The notes beneath the pieces are model-generated. The model worked only from the letters and a program-made list of their open reading frames with translations, did no database searches and was not told the origin of the DNA. From an uncultured bacterium (GTDB taxonomy: Bacteria > Lernaellota > Lernaellaia > Lernaellales > Lernaellaceae), in assembly GCA_964534375.1 (NCBI GenBank), contig CAZHPN010000113.1, positions 1 through 20,070 of the forward strand: a stretch of DNA of 20,070 nucleotides, given 5' to 3'. Shown here one piece after another: positions 17,323 through 20,070 of this stretch (within the stretch, counting starts at the first letter, position 1; each line of letters begins with the position of its first letter). The position numbers were made by a program, and so were the translations under genes.

Positions 17323-17330
17323 CATTCTCT

Positions 17331-18416
17331 CTAGTTGTAATGCAGAATCGTTCCCTCGTCGCCAACAACGAAGACATCGGTAGGCGAAAATCCGTACACT
17401 GCCATTAGCGTGCCCGTGATTCCGCTCGGCAATTGCATTGTCGACCACGAAGCGCCATCGAAATGAACGACCAGACTTGCGTCGCTCTGATTGCCGCCGC
17501 CCACAACGAAAATATCCGAGGACGACGACCCCCAAACGCCTTCAAGCCCGAAGTCAGGCACACTGTAATTCGCGGACGACCAGGCGTTTCCATCATAATG
17601 CAAAAGCACGGTGACGTTATTGGTTTCGTCCAAACCCACAGCGAAGACGTCGGAACCGGATGCACCCCAAACGTCACTAAGAAAGCCCTCCGTGCCGGTC
17701 GTCATCGCCGACCAAGTTGCGCCGTCATAACGTAAAGTCGTCCCGCCCTGCCCAACCGCAAAGACATCCGTGTGCGAAACGCCCCAAACGCGCGACAGCA
17801 CCCCTGCCGTTGGCGGATTAGTCCACGACCACGACGCGCCGTCGTAGTGAGCGATGAGCGGCCCATCCTCGCCTTCGCCCGCTGCAAAAACGTCCGAGGA
17901 AGACAGGCCCCACACGCCGCTTAGGAAGCTGTCGGATGGCAGGTCAATGGGCATCGGCGCCCAGGCGGTTCCGTCATAATGGAGGACCGCCCCCGCGCTT
18001 CCCGAAAGCCCGACGCCATACACGTCAGATGGCGAAAGCCCCCACACATTCGCCAAACCGTAGTTCGCGCCGATCGGCATCGGCGACCAGGACACGCCGT
18101 CATAATGCAAAGTAATCGATGTCGGGCTTTTGCCGACGACGAACACATCCGACGGCGAACTTCCCCACACCCCGGAAAGGAGCACGTCAGTTCCGCTGGT
18201 CATTTCGGACCACGCGGCGCCGCTGTCGTCGTCGTCATTGTCATTGTCATTGTCGTCGTCGTCCGGCGAGCCGTCGTCGTCACCCGACGTGTCGTTGTCA
18301 TCATCGTCCGATGAGCGTTCGAGGGCGGCCGCCGTGCCCGCGCCGCCTCCACACGCCGCCGCTGCGAGCAGTGACAAGCCGAATGCGAGGAAGATAGGAA
18401 GCAACATCGTTCTCAC
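17331..18416 (-). CDS. Lipoprotein: poly-Asp linker + 7-bladed beta-propeller (361 aa)
   Basis: AAGGAG 6 nt before GTG 18416, lipobox AAAA-C, linker DDDDNDTSGDDDGSPDDDDNDNDNDDDDS, seven V(W/Y)G.S..D(V/I) + (H/R)(Y/F)(D/N) repeats. Confidence 0.88.
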   Translation of the reverse strand: MRTMLLPIFLAFGLSLLAAAACGGGAGTAAALERSSDDDDNDTSGDDDGSPDDDDNDNDNDDDDSGAAWSEMTSGTDVLLSGVWGSSPSDVFVVGKSPTSITLHYDGVSWSPMPIGANYGLANVWGLSPSDVYGVGLSGSAGAVLHYDGTAWAPMPIDLPSDSFLSGVWGLSSSDVFAAGEGEDGPLIAHYDGASWSWTNPPTAGVLSRVWGVSHTDVFAVGQGGTTLRYDGATWSAMTTGTEGFLSDVWGASGSDVFAVGLDETNNVTVLLHYDGNAWSSANYSVPDFGLEGVWGSSSSDIFVVGGGNQSDASLVVHFDGASWSTMQLPSGITGTLMAVYGFSPTDVFVVGDEGTILHYN

Positions 18417-18469
18417 TGCAGTCTCCTTGTTGGAACGAAAGCACGACGGCTCACAAACGCACCCCTTGT

Positions 18470-20070
18470 CTAGTTTGCCACGGAGTATGCCAAGCCAGCA
18501 ACCACGTGACAAGTGTCGTCGGTCGCATTCAATCTCCAGCCGGAGTCGATTCCCATGGGATAAAAGGCGGGATCGACGAAGCTTGTGTCGACCATCGGTA
18601 TCTGTTCGTCTTTATAACTGTGTATCGTAGAGCAAGCCGAGTCGTCGGCATACCACCACGGGCAGCAAATCATGCAGCCGTTGTCCGGGGCGAGGCTTCC
18701 CGCGGCGATCCAGTTTTCTAGACCGTCTCCCACCAGTTCGCCCAGGTTGTTAAACTTGGCGTATGGGCAAAGCGGGACGTCGAGGTCGCCCGCGTAGTCG
18801 CCCCAAACAGTGTAGTTGGGAACCCATTGAAACAACAGTTCGGCGTCAGAGGAGAAACCGGACCAGTGATCATCGGCTTCAACGGCCGCGGAGAAAGCGA
18901 GCGAGTATTGCTTGTACGGAGTTTCCGCCCATCCGCCGGGGCCGGTGCTGGCAACCGTGATGAATTCCATTGAACTCCACAGAGACGTTGCAGGTTGGTA
19001 GAGATAGTAAGGGGTGTTGTCGTCGCCGACAAGCGTGTCCGTAGCTGGGTAGCCGCAATCGTCCGCGAGTATGCGGGGTGAATCCACGTTCGTGACCCAC
19101 CACGACAAGGACCACAAGTCGATTACACTGCCGAGGTTTGGATAATTGACGAGGCCGAAGATCGGGCTGTCGGCAGCCAGATCTGTCCCCAGGTTGGCCG
19201 TGAGCCAAAGGTCACCAGCCGGTAGCGGATCCGTTGGCGGGTCGAACTGAAGTGCAACCTGCCCGTGCTTCGAAGGAATGCCGTTCGCCGGCGTCCCATT
19301 CCACTTCCACAGGTCTGCGGTATTGCCGGATAGGTAAATTTCCAGCGAGAGCGCGACCGCTTGGAAATTGGCATCGTGCTGATAGTTGTGCTGAATGTCC
19401 AAAAGTTGCGGCGGCGTTGCGCATCCGCACGAGTTGACAATCGGCGTAGTCGGTTGGACGAGCGAGAAGAACGTAGTGGACGGACTGACCCCGGGAGGAT
19501 TCACGGCGCCACCTACCGCACTGCCTGAGAGCATCGAAGTCTCGATAGAAAGGCCCCACCCCGGCCACCCAGGCGACGCGTTGATCGGCCCCGGGCAATA
19601 ATTCGGGGCCCCGCCAACACCCCAACTTACCATCCGCACCGATGGCGGTGAGGTTTCGTTGTCGTCATCCGCCGGCGAGGTGTCGTCGTCGGTTGGCGAG
19701 GAATCGTCGTCGACCAGCGAGGAATCGTCATCGACGAGCGAACTGTCGTCATCGACGAGCGAGGAATCGTCATCGACGAGCGAGGAATCGTCGTCGACCA
19801 ACGAGGAATCGTCGTCGAGAAGGGCGGTGTCGTCATCCGCCGAATCGTCGTCGCCCGGCGTCGTATCGTCATCGTCGTCCGGGGGCGTCGTGTCGTCATC
19901 GTCGTCGCCGTACGCGCAATTCGCTGGGGTCGGGTTGCCCGGCGTGGGCGGCGTCGAGAACATCTCGGTCACGAACGTGACGCCGTCGGCGAAGAGGTAA
20001 GGCACGGTGGTCGACGCGGTGTAGCCGCCGGCCTGCGCGGTGATGGTCGCGGGCGAGCCGGGGTCGGCGT
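18470..20070 (-). CDS. Large acidic, probably exported protein with central poly-Asp repeat linker and unknown C-terminal domain; 5' end beyond window
   Basis: The frame stays open upstream of 20005 (...ADPGSPATITAQAGGYTASTTVPYLF). Contains DDDDDTTPP units, (DDDSSLV)5, and a ~390-aa Trp/Cys/Pro-containing C-terminal region. Stop TAG at 18470. Confidence 0.8.
   Translation of the reverse strand, partial: ADPGSPATITAQAGGYTASTTVPYLFADGVTFVTEMFSTPPTPGNPTPANCAYGDDDDDTTPPDDDDDTTPGDDDSADDDTALLDDDSSLVDDDSSLVDDDSSLVDDDSSLVDDDSSLVDDDSSPTDDDTSPADDDNETSPPSVRMVSWGVGGAPNYCPGPINASPGWPGWGLSIETSMLSGSAVGGAVNPPGVSPSTTFFSLVQPTTPIVNSCGCATPPQLLDIQHNYQHDANFQAVALSLEIYLSGNTADLWKWNGTPANGIPSKHGQVALQFDPPTDPLPAGDLWLTANLGTDLAADSPIFGLVNYPNLGSVIDLWSLSWWVTNVDSPRILADDCGYPATDTLVGDDNTPYYLYQPATSLWSSMEFITVASTGPGGWAETPYKQYSLAFSAAVEADDHWSGFSSDAELLFQWVPNYTVWGDYAGDLDVPLCPYAKFNNLGELVGDGLENWIAAGSLAPDNGCMICCPWWYADDSACSTIHSYKDEQIPMVDTSFVDPAFYPMGIDSGWRLNATDDTCHVVAGLAYSVAN
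19670..19816 (-). repeat. 21-nt tandem repeat encoding (DDDSSLV)5-DDDSSPT-DDDTSPA
   Basis: Plus-strand unit ~GAGGAATCGTCRTCGACSAGC repeated in tandem. Confidence 0.92.

Overview
GC-rich bacterial DNA. Gene content is Deltaproteobacteria/Myxococcota-like, which is an inference only. The window is dominated by envelope and surface proteins, with no rRNA, tRNA or CRISPR. In order: the 3' end of a 'WGSS..DVFAVG/ILHYDG' beta-propeller gene; a neutral-ceramidase-family lipoprotein; an Ig-like + BPI/LBP(TULIP)-like lipoprotein; two tandemly duplicated lipoprotein genes (promoter and 5'UTR duplicated too) built from poly-Asp linkers and an unrecognised 16-Cys domain; a type IV pilin-like gene with an unusual Asp/Asn/Gly C-terminal tail behind a sigma54-type promoter; a DUF6982-like gene; two stand-alone PAS genes and a 34-aa TM peptide; a GT-C-like membrane glycosyltransferase; a CpxR/CpxA-like two-component pair; and a minus-strand cluster of poly-Asp surface proteins. 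That cluster is interrupted by an internally deleted RAYT transposase remnant with 27-bp inverted ends, sitting where most of a propeller gene has been lost. The most striking theme is an acidic poly-Asp tether on six exported proteins of four unrelated types, usually with a 'DDDxSP' unit. All family assignments come from motif recognition by eye, not database searches.
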